From contig OY970303.1 in the NCBI GenBank assembly GCA_963716255.1, forward strand, positions 3,264,001 through 3,328,000: a DNA stretch of 64,000 nucleotides, written 5' to 3'. This DNA is from an uncultured Gemmatimonadales bacterium (lineage in GTDB: Bacteria > Gemmatimonadota > Gemmatimonadetes > Longimicrobiales > Longimicrobiaceae). Of this stretch, positions 19,448 through 28,392 are shown piece after piece; position 1 is the stretch's first letter; each line of letters starts with the position of its first letter. The notes under the pieces are model-generated. The model had not been told where the DNA came from. It made no database searches and saw only the letters and a list, made by a program, of their open reading frames with translations. A program made the position numbers and the translations under genes.

Positions 19448-20196
19448 GATTCCTCCAGTCGGCGCTCGGCTTCCTTGACGGCGTGGAAGAGCTGCTCGAA
19501 GGAATCGACCACGAACAGCACGTCCTGGAACCTGTCGATCTCGAAGTGCTGGTCCATCACGGCGTCCAGCTCGAACGGGCGGCGGTCGCAGCGGGGCCCC
19601 AGCGCGTTGGCCGCGTCCCCGATGGAGGAGATCAGCCCGCTCCCGTACACCTTGGTCCGTCCGTCCTCGTGCACCAGCCCGAACTCCACGGTGAACCAGA
19701 AGAGGCGGGCCATGCGGGTCATGTCCTCGTCGCTCCGGGCCTTCATCGCTGCCCTGCCGAAGGCCTGGAGGAAGTCCCCGAACACCGGGTCGGCGTGCAG
19801 CGGCACGTGGCCGAAGACGTCGTGGAAGATGTCCGGCTCGGGGAGGTACTCCAGCTGCTCGCGCGGCCGGACGATGATGGTGGTGGGGAACATGCGCTGC
19901 GCCAGGCAGCCGAAGAAGTCCCGCGCCGGGATGAAGCCACGGACCGGCATGGACCGCCACCCGGTGCGGGCGCCCAGCCGCCGGTTGACGTCGGCAAGCT
20001 CGGGAACGCAGTCGCGGCGCAGCCCGATGGTCTCGGCCCCTTCCAGGAAGACGCGGCTCCCGTTGTGGAGCAGCTCCTTCATGCGGCGCTCGTAGAGGAT
20101 GCCCCAGGTCTCGTGCTCCTCGGGAGTGTAGGCTGCCCAGTCCTGCACGGTGAAGATCCCTGGATCGACGCCGGCTTCCTCTGCGACTGCTTGCAT
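19444..20196 (-). CDS. phhA: Phenylalanine 4-monooxygenase (aromatic amino-acid hydroxylase)
   Basis: PEPDIFHDVFGHVP, LFWFTVEFGL, YGSGLISS. Confidence 0.92.
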   Translation of the reverse strand: MQAVAEEAGVDPGIFTVQDWAAYTPEEHETWGILYERRMKELLHNGSRVFLEGAETIGLRRDCVPELADVNRRLGARTGWRSMPVRGFIPARDFFGCLAQRMFPTTIIVRPREQLEYLPEPDIFHDVFGHVPLHADPVFGDFLQAFGRAAMKARSDEDMTRMARLFWFTVEFGLVHEDGRTKVYGSGLISSIGDAANALGPRCDRRPFELDAVMDQHFEIDRFQDVLFVVDSFEQLFHAVKEAERRLEES

Positions 20197-20513
20197 CAGG
20201 ACCTCCCGGGCTCTCGCCCCGACGTATGAAGGCGATGGAATCTCAGGCACACCCCCCGGGTGGGATGGGCCGCGTGGTGTGTGGCGGGAAATGTGCCGGT
20301 GTCTCCAGGCAACTATAGATCTGAATGAGACAGGCGTCAAGCACTTCGTAGAAGGGCCCATGCTTGTTGGAGATAGGAAGCGGCCCCGGAACGAACGTCG
20401 CCGGCCGGGGCGCCGCCCGTGTTTCCCGGCACCGGGCCCGGAGGTGGGGCGCCGGTGTCCCACCCCGGGGCGCTCGCGCCGCATGGGCCCGGGCGGGGGG
20501 CTGGGGAGGAGGC

Positions 20514-20551
20514 AAAAAAAGGGGGCGGCCCGCGAGTGTCACGGGCCGCCC
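20514..20551 (-). terminator. Probable intrinsic terminator
   Basis: 10-bp stem GGGCGGCCCG/CGGGCCGCCC followed on the minus strand by CC-T7. Confidence 0.7.
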
Positions 20552-20591
20552 GGCGACGTCCGGACCCTCTCGGATCTCGCGGCCGCGCCGC

Positions 20592-20622
20592 AGCCTGACC
20601 CCGCGTGAGCGGGGGCACGCCC
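20592..20622 (-). repeat. Partial family A copy (terminal hairpin only)
   Basis: AGCCTGACCCCGCGTGAGCGGGGGCACGCCC. Confidence 0.7.
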
Positions 20623-20660
20623 GGACCCTGCCGTTCAACCCGACTCAGTAGAACCCGGGA

Positions 20661-21272
20661 TCAGGGGTCTTCCCGCAGGTGCCCGGTGGCGACCGCCTGC
20701 TCCACGACGGCGAGCACCCGGGGCCAGAGCCCGGGCGCGCCGGTGCGGATGGGCTCCATGCGGCGGAGCACCTGGCCGCGCGCGATGCCGTGGGCGCGCC
20801 AGCTCCCGCCGCCGGAGTGGAGGTTCTGGAGGAGCGGCTGGAAGCGGTCCAGCGCGACGGCGAAGCGTGCGTCGGGGGTCACCCCGGCCTCGAACTCCTC
20901 CCACAGCGCGCGCAGCCCGGCGGCCTGCTCCGCGGGGAGGAGCCCGAAGACGCGCTCCGCCGCGGCCCGCTCGCGCTCCTCCCTGCCCACGTTGGCCGCG
21001 GCGTCGTAGCAGAAGGCGTCCCCGGCGTCGATCTCCACCAGGTCGTGCACCAGCACCATGGTCATGGTGCGCGCGACGTCCACCGGGGCCCCGGCGTGCT
21101 CGGCGAGGAGCGCGGCCATCAACGCCAGGTGCCAGGAGTGCTCGGCGCTGTTCTCCTGCCGGGAGGCGTCGGTCAGGAGGGTCTGGCGGAGCACCGTCTT
21201 GAGCCGGTCGATCTCCACCACGAAGCGGAGCTGTTGCGCGAGCCGGTCGTCGTGCGTGGATGTCGGTTGCAT
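20661..21272 (-). CDS. HD-domain phosphohydrolase (HD_3 / 5'-deoxynucleotidase-like)
   Basis: EIDRLK, ENSAEHSWH, VHDLVEIDAGD, ALDRFQP. Confidence 0.92.
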   Translation of the reverse strand: MQPTSTHDDRLAQQLRFVVEIDRLKTVLRQTLLTDASRQENSAEHSWHLALMAALLAEHAGAPVDVARTMTMVLVHDLVEIDAGDAFCYDAAANVGREERERAAAERVFGLLPAEQAAGLRALWEEFEAGVTPDARFAVALDRFQPLLQNLHSGGGSWRAHGIARGQVLRRMEPIRTGAPGLWPRVLAVVEQAVATGHLREDP

Positions 21273-21292
21273 GGCGGCTGGGTTCTGGGCGT

Positions 21293-21440
21293 GGGGCCGC
21301 TCTGGAGCCGGACGATACTGCCGTCCGTCTCCTGCGCGGGCTCCGGGAGCCCCGCGATACTGCTGCGGGTCTCCCTCCGCCGGAGTGAGCCAGCCGAAAC
21401 AACCCGGCTGTCTCCCTCCGCAACGGATCATGAGGGTACT
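21293..21440 (+). repeat. Structured repeat family B copy (most divergent)
   Basis: Third module stem changed to CAGCCG/CGGCTG with pairing kept. Confidence 0.88.
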
Positions 21441-21545
21441 ACTGACCTGCGAACGGCCGCGTCCGCCGTTTCGAGCCTCGCGAGAAGCTATCTCCCGGCC
21501 GGCTCGGGCTCAACCGTGCCGCCCCGTCCCGTGCCGGGTGGGTAC

Positions 21546-21582
21546 AAGAAAAAGCCCGGCCCTCTCGCGGGAGAGGGCCGGG
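21546..21582 (-). terminator. Intrinsic terminator
   Basis: Perfect 12-bp stem CCCGGCCCTCTC/GAGAGGGCCGGG followed by CTTTTTCTT on the minus strand. Confidence 0.85.
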
Positions 21583-21645
21583 TGGAAGCCTGTCGGATCG
21601 TCCGGAAATCGGTTCAACTGAACCACTCCGGACGACGACCGGCGG

Positions 21646-22095
21646 CTACGGGTGGTGGAGCGAGACGTAGCACTGCCCGCTGGACTCGGTCACGTACATG
21701 TCCTGGTCCCCGGCGCTGACCTGGATCTGGACGACGGTGCCGTCGTCGCTCGAACGGAGGTCGCAGTAGAAGTTGGTCTTGCACGTCCACTTCCCCGCGT
21801 TGTCGCCGCCGACGGCGGTGAACTCGATCCACCAGTAGTCGTGGCTGGCGCCCAGCCCGGTGACGAACTGGATCTGGAAGCGGCCGCTCTGCGCCCCCTT
21901 GGCGAGCTGCCCGAGGGAGAGGGTGTCCACGTGGTCGCCGGAGGTGTGCTTCAGGGTGACGCTGGTGATGTCCACGTCCCAGTTGTTGAGCAGGTACGCC
22001 TCGCAGCGGTGGTTGGAGGAGGTGACCCCTCCCTCCACGTAGTCCTGCTCCTTGCCACCCTTGATGCAGACGGATTCGGCGGCGACATCGTTCAT
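21646..22095 (-). CDS. Hypothetical 149-aa beta-rich protein, PUD-1/2-like
   Basis: GAGGA RBS, own terminator; VTLKHTS, FVTGLGASHDYWWIEF, NFYCDLRSSD. Confidence 0.75.
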   Translation of the reverse strand: MNDVAAESVCIKGGKEQDYVEGGVTSSNHRCEAYLLNNWDVDITSVTLKHTSGDHVDTLSLGQLAKGAQSGRFQIQFVTGLGASHDYWWIEFTAVGGDNAGKWTCKTNFYCDLRSSDDGTVVQIQVSAGDQDMYVTESSGQCYVSLHHP

Positions 22096-22240
22096 CGGTT
22101 CCTCGCTAGGTGAGTGTGACTGCGATCCCACGGGTGTGCCACACTCCAGTATCGGCGGCATCGCTCTCGTCTTTAGCGCCGCGCCCGATGTTCCCGGGCG
22201 CCGCGGCCCTCGCCGCGTTATCATGGGGGAGGACGCCCCT

Positions 22241-22370
22241 CGCGTGAGGGATTTCGGCCCGGAGGGGCGAGACCCGGCGGTAGTTTGCCGGGGCTCGACT
22301 CCGTTAGCCCGCGTTGTTTGCGGGCTTACGGAGCCGAAGCCCGACCCCGGCGCCAGCCGGGGGCACGCCC
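22241..22370 (-). repeat. Structured repeat family A copy
   Basis: Variable stem AGCCCGC/GCGGGCT; lies between divergent genes. Confidence 0.95.
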
Positions 22371-22414
22371 AAACGAGCCGTTCGTTCCGCCGTACACGTA
22401 AACGGAGGCTGCGC

Positions 22415-23590
22415 ATGAAGCAGAAGCGGCACCACCCGGTGGTCCGCGTGACGCACTGGGTGGCGGTGGCGGCGATCCTGGCGATGGTGGGCTCGGGGCT
22501 GCGCATCTTCAACGCGTACCCGCGCTTCGCCCGCCGCGGCGAGAGCTTCTGCTGCTGGCCGTGGGAGAGCACGCCCATCCCGCCCTGGCTCACCTTCGGC
22601 GGGTGGCTGGCGGGGGCGCGCAACTGGCACTTCGCGATGATGTGGGTGCTGGTGGCGAACGGGCTGGTGTACCTGGGGTGGATCTGGCTGCACGGCGAAT
22701 GGCGCGATTTGGTCCCCCGCCGCGGCGACGCGCGGGACGCGTGGGAGATGGTGAAGTTCTACCTGTTCGTGCGGCGCGACCACCCGCGCCAGGGGAAGCA
22801 CAACGCCCTCCAGAAGCTGGCCTACTTTGCCATGCCGCTGGTGGCCGGGCTGATCGTGCTGACCGGGCTGGCCATCTGGAAGCCGGTGTCGCTGGGCGGG
22901 CTCACCGCGCTCTTCGGCGGCTACGCGTGGGCGCGCTACTGGCACTTCCTGCTCATGCTGGCGCTGGTGGGGCTGGCCGCCGGGCACGTGTTCATGGTTC
23001 TCACCGTGGACCCCTACTCGCTGCGCTCCATGCTCACCGGGGGCTACGCCGAGCGCCTTTCCCCGGAGGCGCGCGACGCCCGCCCGTTCTACCACCTCCT
23101 TCCGCGCCGGACGGCGGCGCGCTCCCCCCTGCCGGAGACCCCCCATGCACCCGATGGACCGACGCGGCTTCCTGCGCCTGGGCGGCGCCACGCTGGCGGC
23201 GCTGATGGCGGCGTGCGACTCGCAGGGGCCGGAGGCGGCGAAGCCGCTGCTGCGCTGGGCGGAGCGGCGGAACGAGGGAGTGGAGCGGGTGCTCTTCCGC
23301 CACGCGGCCATGGACACGCCGGAGAGCCGGGCGCTGGCCGGGAGGGCGCTGCCGAGCTACTTCATCTCCCCCCGGGTGCCGGTGTGGGACGAGGCGGCCC
23401 GGGGGCGGTGGACGCTGGAGGTGGCGGGGCTGGTGCGGCGCCCGCTGCGGCTGACGCTCCCGGAGCTGATGCGGCTGCCGCGGGTGACGCAGCGGGTGAA
23501 CCACTACTGCGTGGAGGGGTGGACGGCGGTGACGGAGTGGACGGGGGTGCGGGTGGCGACGCTGGCGAGGGCCGCGGGGGCGCTCCCTGA
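22415..23590 (+). CDS. Cytochrome b/b6-domain membrane protein (recognisable region ends near 23140; stop displaced)
   Basis: RVTHW, WHFAMMW, HNALQKLAY, WHF, GHVFM heme histidines; tail overlaps the next gene. Confidence 0.8.
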   Translation: MKQKRHHPVVRVTHWVAVAAILAMVGSGLRIFNAYPRFARRGESFCCWPWESTPIPPWLTFGGWLAGARNWHFAMMWVLVANGLVYLGWIWLHGEWRDLVPRRGDARDAWEMVKFYLFVRRDHPRQGKHNALQKLAYFAMPLVAGLIVLTGLAIWKPVSLGGLTALFGGYAWARYWHFLLMLALVGLAAGHVFMVLTVDPYSLRSMLTGGYAERLSPEARDARPFYHLLPRRTAARSPLPETPHAPDGPTRLPAPGRRHAGGADGGVRLAGAGGGEAAAALGGAAERGSGAGALPPRGHGHAGEPGAGREGAAELLHLPPGAGVGRGGPGAVDAGGGGAGAAPAAADAPGADAAAAGDAAGEPLLRGGVDGGDGVDGGAGGDAGEGRGGAP

Positions 23591-23855
23591 GGCGCGCTAC
23601 GTGGACTTCCAGTCGTTCGACGCGGGGTACCACGAGAGCTGGGACCTGGAAAGCGCCACCCACCCGCAGACGCTGGTGGCCTACGGCGGCGACGGCAGGG
23701 CACTGGGCCCGGCGCACGGGGCCCCGGCGCGGCTGCACTCGCCCGTGAAGCTGGGCTACAAGAGCGTCAAGTACCTGACCCGCGTGGTGTTCCTGGCGGA
23801 GCGCAACGGGGGCTACTGGAGCGACCGGGGGTACGAGTGGTACGCGGGGACGTGA
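23145..23855 (+). CDS. Molybdopterin-dependent oxidoreductase (sulfite oxidase/MsrP-like), Tat-exported
   Basis: DRRGFL; HYCVEGW; HGAPARL; KLGYKSVKY; GYWSDRGY. Confidence 0.92.
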   Translation: MHPMDRRGFLRLGGATLAALMAACDSQGPEAAKPLLRWAERRNEGVERVLFRHAAMDTPESRALAGRALPSYFISPRVPVWDEAARGRWTLEVAGLVRRPLRLTLPELMRLPRVTQRVNHYCVEGWTAVTEWTGVRVATLARAAGALPEARYVDFQSFDAGYHESWDLESATHPQTLVAYGGDGRALGPAHGAPARLHSPVKLGYKSVKYLTRVVFLAERNGGYWSDRGYEWYAGT

Positions 23856-23893
23856 CGAGGCTTGCTGCTTTTACGGCTTGGAACTGCTGGTTT

Positions 23894-24023
23894 GGGCGTG
23901 CCCCCGGCTGGCGCCGGGGTCGGGCTTCGGCTCCGTAGGGCTGCAAACAACGCAGCCCAACGGAGTCGAGCCCGCGCAAACAGCCGCGCGGTCTCGCCCC
24001 TTCGGGCCGAAATCCCTCACGCG
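23894..24023 (+). repeat. Structured repeat family A copy
   Basis: Starts 38 nt after the molybdoenzyme stop. Confidence 0.95.
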
Positions 24024-24110
24024 GGCATCGCGCTGGCGTCGGCGGGAGGCGCCGTGGTTACCCGGGAAGGGCGGACGGTGGGAGCACGCGCCACCTCCGT
24101 CCGCCGGTGC

Positions 24111-24873
24111 TCATGCCGCGCGGCAGATGCATACCTGGTGACGGCTGGCGGCCGTGAACGCGCCGCCCGCGAGGTCGCCGTGGCGGCTTTCCAGTCGCAT
24201 TCCCCCGGCGGCCAGGAGCAGCGGCAGCTCCTGCGGAAAGATGCTGCGCAGGTGGAGCGGGGCGACCAGGAAATCCGGCTCGCCGGCCGCGGAGAAGTGC
24301 CACGCGGCGCGGTTCACCTGCGTGGCCGCGTCGTAGTCGCCGGTCGCCTCGATGCGGACCTCGCCGCGGCGGGGGTGCCGCACCTGCATCACCGGAAATC
24401 GCTCGCCCGGCGGGCGCGCCAGGATCGCCACGTCCGGGTTGAAGACGTCGAAGACGAAGGCGCCGCCCGGGAGCAGGTGGCGCCGCACGCTGGCGAGGCA
24501 GGCCAGGAAGTCGTCCACCGCGTGCAGGTGGAGCAGCGAGTTGCGGGCCACGTACACCAGCGCGAACCGCTCCCCCAGGTCGAAGCCGCGCATGTCGCCC
24601 TCCACGAGCCGCACGTCGGTGGCCTCCGCGGCGGCGCGGGCCCGCGCCGCCGCGAGCATGGCCGCGGACAGGTCCAGCCCCGTTGCCTTCGTCCAGCCCC
24701 GTGGCCTTCGTCCCGCCCCGCGCGATGGGGACCAGCAGCTGGCCGGTGCCGCAGGCCAGCTCCAGCACGGGCCCGCCCGCGCCCCGCGCCAGCCCGGCGT
24801 AGTACGGGCCGTACGCGCCCGGCGAGAAGAGCAGGTCGTACAGCTCGGGATCGGAGTAGAACGGATCGCTCAT
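24111..24873 (-). pseudogene. Class I SAM-dependent methyltransferase, frameshifted by a 19-bp tandem duplication
   Basis: VLELACGTG in one frame and LSAAMLAAA...GDMR in another; duplication at 24672-24709. Confidence 0.85.
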
Positions 24874-24897
24874 CGGAGGGCGCGAGGGGGTGTGTGG

Positions 24898-25500
24898 CTA
24901 CAGGCGGGCGAGCCAGGGGTGCCCGGCGTGGACCTGCTCCAGGGCTGCGCGCAGCCATTCGCGGCGGGCGCGGCCGAGCCCGTCCCGCGCGGTGGCGAAG
25001 TCGCGCTCGTCCTGGGGGCGGAGGTGCTTGGCCTTGTACAGCAGGACCACGGCGGGGCACAGAACGGCGAGCCCGGCCGCTGCGCGCACGATCACCCGGT
25101 CCGCCGGGCACCGCACGCGCGCGTCGCGCCGGAACACCCACTCCCCGCCCTCGCGCTCGTTGAGGAGGAGCTCCAGTTCGGGACCCGGTCCGCCGGGAGG
25201 GCTCGCGTACACCTCGTGCACGGGCGGGAGCAGCCACTCGCCTGCGGGCCAGTCCACGACCCGGCCGTCGGCTACCTTGCGGAAGCTCCACCCGGCCAGA
25301 TGCTCGCGGAGGCGTGCCTGGTCGTCCCGGAACAGCGCCAGGTCCAGGTCGCCGTGGGGGCGTGTGGCGCGCCCCAGGAACAGGTCCAGCGCCCACCCCC
25401 CGGCGACGCACCACGGCGCGCCGAAGCCGCGCATGGCCTCGGCCGCCACGAGCAGGCTGGGCGGGGGAAACCCGCCGGGTGCGGAAGGCGCCACGCCCAT
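24898..25500 (-). CDS. Nucleotidyltransferase (aminoglycoside/lincosamide NTase-like fold)
   Basis: WCVAGGWALDLFLG, RPHGDLD, LLYKAK, RPQDERDF. Confidence 0.85.
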   Translation of the reverse strand: MGVAPSAPGGFPPPSLLVAAEAMRGFGAPWCVAGGWALDLFLGRATRPHGDLDLALFRDDQARLREHLAGWSFRKVADGRVVDWPAGEWLLPPVHEVYASPPGGPGPELELLLNEREGGEWVFRRDARVRCPADRVIVRAAAGLAVLCPAVVLLYKAKHLRPQDERDFATARDGLGRARREWLRAALEQVHAGHPWLARL

Positions 25501-25511
25501 CGCCGCGTGCG

Positions 25512-25676
25512 TCAGCTGGGGTCGGGGGCGCCCGGCTCGCGGCCGGTGTAGCCGAAGCTCACCTGGTCGCGCGCCTGGGACCCGTCGCCGTGGCTCTCCC
25601 GGCCCACCTTTTCCCAGCCGCGCTCCACCTGCGCTTCCACCTGCTCGAAGGGGCCTTCTCTCCGCTCCTGTGTCAT
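25512..25676 (-). CDS. Small hypothetical protein (54 aa)
   Basis: Strong GGGAGGGAG RBS; fills the intergenic gap. Confidence 0.5.
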   Translation of the reverse strand: MTQERREGPFEQVEAQVERGWEKVGRESHGDGSQARDQVSFGYTGREPGAPDPS

Positions 25677-25760
25677 CGCTCCCTCCCTGAACGGGTGTGC
25701 CGCGCTCCCTCCGGCGCGCGGGGAGGCGAGCCCGCGGCAAGGAGCGCGCCGGCCGGGCAC

Positions 25761-26534
25761 TCAGGCGGGCGGGTCCGGGCGGTCGACGGGAAGCGGCCAG
25801 GCGGTGTCCAGGATGGTGATCTTCTGCCAGATCTTGCGGGACAGGTCCGCGGTGAGGCTCTCGACGTCGTTGACGGCGCCGAGCACCACCGGGTCCTGAA
25901 GGTGCTGGGCGTGCAGCGCGGCGAGCTTGCTGGTGAGGGCGAGCAGCTCGGAGCAGTAGTCCAGGTAGCGGGCCAGCTGCTCGCGGGACAGGCCGCGCCT
26001 GGGGGAGGAGGGCGTTGCGCCCAGGGGCCGGAGCGCGTGGTCCGGGTCCTTGGTGAGCTGGTGCATGTCCACCACGTGGGCGATGCTGCGCAGCCGGTGC
26101 AGCATGCGCAGCGCGGTGCGCCGCTTGAGGCGGGTCTCCAGCGAGGCCAGGAAGAGCACCACGAGCGACAGGAAGATCAGCTCGTTGATGGCGGCGTCGA
26201 TCCCCTGCACCAGGTCGGCGGCGCCGCCGATGCCGCCGGCGGCCATGCGCACGAACTGCCTCCCGGCCCACAAGGACACGGCCACCACCGCCGCGATCCC
26301 CACGCCGATGAGCGTCCGCAGCCACCAGAGCGGGTGCCGCAGGCGCTCCACCACGGCCTCGTTCTGGGCGGCCAGGCTCGACAGCTCCCCGGCGAGGCGG
26401 CCGAGCCCGGAGCCGGGGAAGCGCTCGTGGATGCGCCGCTCCAGCTGCACGATGGTGGCGCGCACCGGCGCCGACCGCAGCTCGCCGTACGAGAACGCGC
26501 CCGCGGAGGGCGCCTCCGGGGGGCCGGGGCTCAC
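25761..26534 (-). CDS. Conserved hypothetical 2-TM membrane protein
   Basis: RIHERFPGSGL, AHVVDMHQLTKDP, RYLDYCSELL, SRKIWQKI. Confidence 0.8.
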   Translation of the reverse strand: MSPGPPEAPSAGAFSYGELRSAPVRATIVQLERRIHERFPGSGLGRLAGELSSLAAQNEAVVERLRHPLWWLRTLIGVGIAAVVAVSLWAGRQFVRMAAGGIGGAADLVQGIDAAINELIFLSLVVLFLASLETRLKRRTALRMLHRLRSIAHVVDMHQLTKDPDHALRPLGATPSSPRRGLSREQLARYLDYCSELLALTSKLAALHAQHLQDPVVLGAVNDVESLTADLSRKIWQKITILDTAWPLPVDRPDPPA

Positions 26535-27072
26535 CGCCACGCCGGCACCCGGGCGTGCACCGCGTCCGCGAGCGCGGCGAGCGCGGCCCGCACCCGCGCG
26601 GACGCCTCCGGGTCCGCCGCGATGGCCGCGGCGTCCAGCCCCCGCGCCAATAGCGGCACCGCCACCGATGCCCCCTCCACCACCCTCCCGGACATGGTGC
26701 GCACCGTTTCCGCCAGCGAGGCCTGCGCGTGGACGGCGCGGGGCGAGGCGTTGAGGAGGGCGACGGGCTTGCCCACGAACTCCGGGCCGCCCACCAGCCA
26801 GTCCAGCGCGTTCTTGAGCGCGCCGGGGACGCCGTGGGCGTACTCCGGGCTGGACACCAGCAGCCCGTCCGCCGCGCCCACCCGGGCGCGCAGGTCGGCG
26901 GCGGCGGGGGGAGCTCGCCGGCTTCCAGGTCGGGGTTGAAGTGCGGGAGGGCACCCAGCCCGGTGTACGGCACCACCTGCATGCCGGCGGGCGCGAGCAG
27001 CGCGGCGGCCCGGAGCAGCTCGGTGTTGGACGAGACCGCCCGGAGGCTGCCGGAGATGGCGAGGATTCGCAC
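26531..27072 (-). pseudogene. NADPH-dependent FMN reductase, frameshifted near 26906-26911
   Basis: ILAISGSLR...LPHFNPD in one frame, SPEYAHGVPGALKNALDW in another; shift at a G6 run. Confidence 0.85.
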
Positions 27073-27170
27073 GGGTGCGGGAGGTTCGGGCGTGGGCGCG
27101 GCGCCGGGCTCGCGGGCGCTCCCCAAAGCTCGGGCGCACGCGGCCGCTCCGCAACTCCCGCGTGGCGCGC

Positions 27171-27551
27171 CTACCGGCTCGCGGCGGCGAGGACGACGCG
27201 AAGGCGCTGCATCTCGTCCTTGCGGACGCGCACGGCCAGCGGGTTCGCCTGGCCGGGGGCGAGGGCGTACCCCGCGGGCGGCGTCAGCGTGACCGTCCAC
27301 TCTCCGGGCGTTCCGCCGGTGCCATATTCGCAGGTCGCGGCATTGACGGCCCGCTGGGGGCTCTGGCCCGGGATGGCGATCTCCATCTGTACGCCCCTGA
27401 CGCACGCGCCGGCAGTGTCCGCGAACTCGAGCAGCAGATAGCCGGGGTGCCGGTCGGCGGTGAGGACGATCTCGGTGCCGCACGCGGCGAGCGCCAGGAG
27501 CGCGGCGGCTGCCCAGGGCCGGGCCGCGCGGCGGTTGATGGGCGCGCTCAT
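27171..27551 (-). CDS. Hypothetical lipoprotein
   Basis: Lipobox LAAC; beta-rich body; ATGA overlap. Confidence 0.7.
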   Translation of the reverse strand: MSAPINRRAARPWAAAALLALAACGTEIVLTADRHPGYLLLEFADTAGACVRGVQMEIAIPGQSPQRAVNAATCEYGTGGTPGEWTVTLTPPAGYALAPGQANPLAVRVRKDEMQRLRVVLAAASR

Positions 27552-28120
27552 GTCTCGGGGATGATGGAGATGAGGGTGTACAGGCCCAGCCCCGCGACCA
27601 GCCCCGGCCACGACACCAGCTTCGCGCCGGCGGTCGCCTGGCCGCCGTCCCGGCTGCTCTCGCCGTGCGCGAACAGCCCCAGCATGTCGCCCAGCGTCAC
27701 CGCCGTGTGCGCGGTCAGCCGCACCCGCCGGCCGTCGTAGTCGTTCCCCACCACGATGGCGCCGGGCGCGACGTCCAGCGCGATCCCGGAGCCGAGCCAG
27801 CGCCGGTAGCGCAGGCCCACCCCCCGGTGCCCGCTCTTGGGCTCGCCGAACACGTAGGTGGCGCCCACCGCCTGCCCCTCGCCCACGTTCACCATCGCTC
27901 CCCAGTCCCACTGGAACTTGTCCTCCAGCCCCCGGTAGGCCCCGAACTCGCGCGTGCCGCGCGAGATCTCGGTGACCAGAAAGACGCGGCAGCGGTCGCC
28001 CGCCCGCGGGCGGAAGCAGAACGCCGCCGGCCGCGCCCCGGCCGGCGCCGCCTCCTGCGCGGCCAGGACTGCGGGCGCGAGCCAGAGCAGCGCGAAAAGG
28101 GTCGAAAATATCCGGAGCAT
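27548..28120 (-). CDS. Hypothetical exported protein
   Basis: Signal peptide ending LAA-Q; amphipathic strands. Confidence 0.7.
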   Translation of the reverse strand: MLRIFSTLFALLWLAPAVLAAQEAAPAGARPAAFCFRPRAGDRCRVFLVTEISRGTREFGAYRGLEDKFQWDWGAMVNVGEGQAVGATYVFGEPKSGHRGVGLRYRRWLGSGIALDVAPGAIVVGNDYDGRRVRLTAHTAVTLGDMLGLFAHGESSRDGGQATAGAKLVSWPGLVAGLGLYTLISIIPET

Positions 28121-28238
28121 GCGAGCGTGGATGCGTCGACTAGTGGCGTGTGGCGCGGCGCCTAGGCGGCCGGAGCCGGCCACGGATGACGACCCCCGTC
28201 CGCCGCCCGTCACCGGATGCCGCGGCCGCGCCGGACCC

Positions 28239-28368
28239 TGCGTGAGGGATTTCGGCCCGGAGGGGCGAGACCCGCGGGCAGTTTCGCGGGGCTCGACTCC
28301 GTTAAGCAGCGTCGTTTGCTGCTTTACGGAGCCGAAGCCCGACCCCGGCGCCAGCCGGGGGCACGCCC
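28239..28368 (-). repeat. Structured repeat family A copy
   Basis: Variable stem AAGCAGC/GCTGCTT; 24 nt after the SDR stop. Confidence 0.95.
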
Positions 28369-28392
28369 AAACCAAACTGTTCGAAAAACGTA

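Noticed and set aside
20200..20510. Attenuator or leader peptide upstream of phhA-aroF
   Set aside because: No Phe/Tyr/Trp-rich short ORF or T-box seen; the terminator at 20514-20551 is explained by the HD gene
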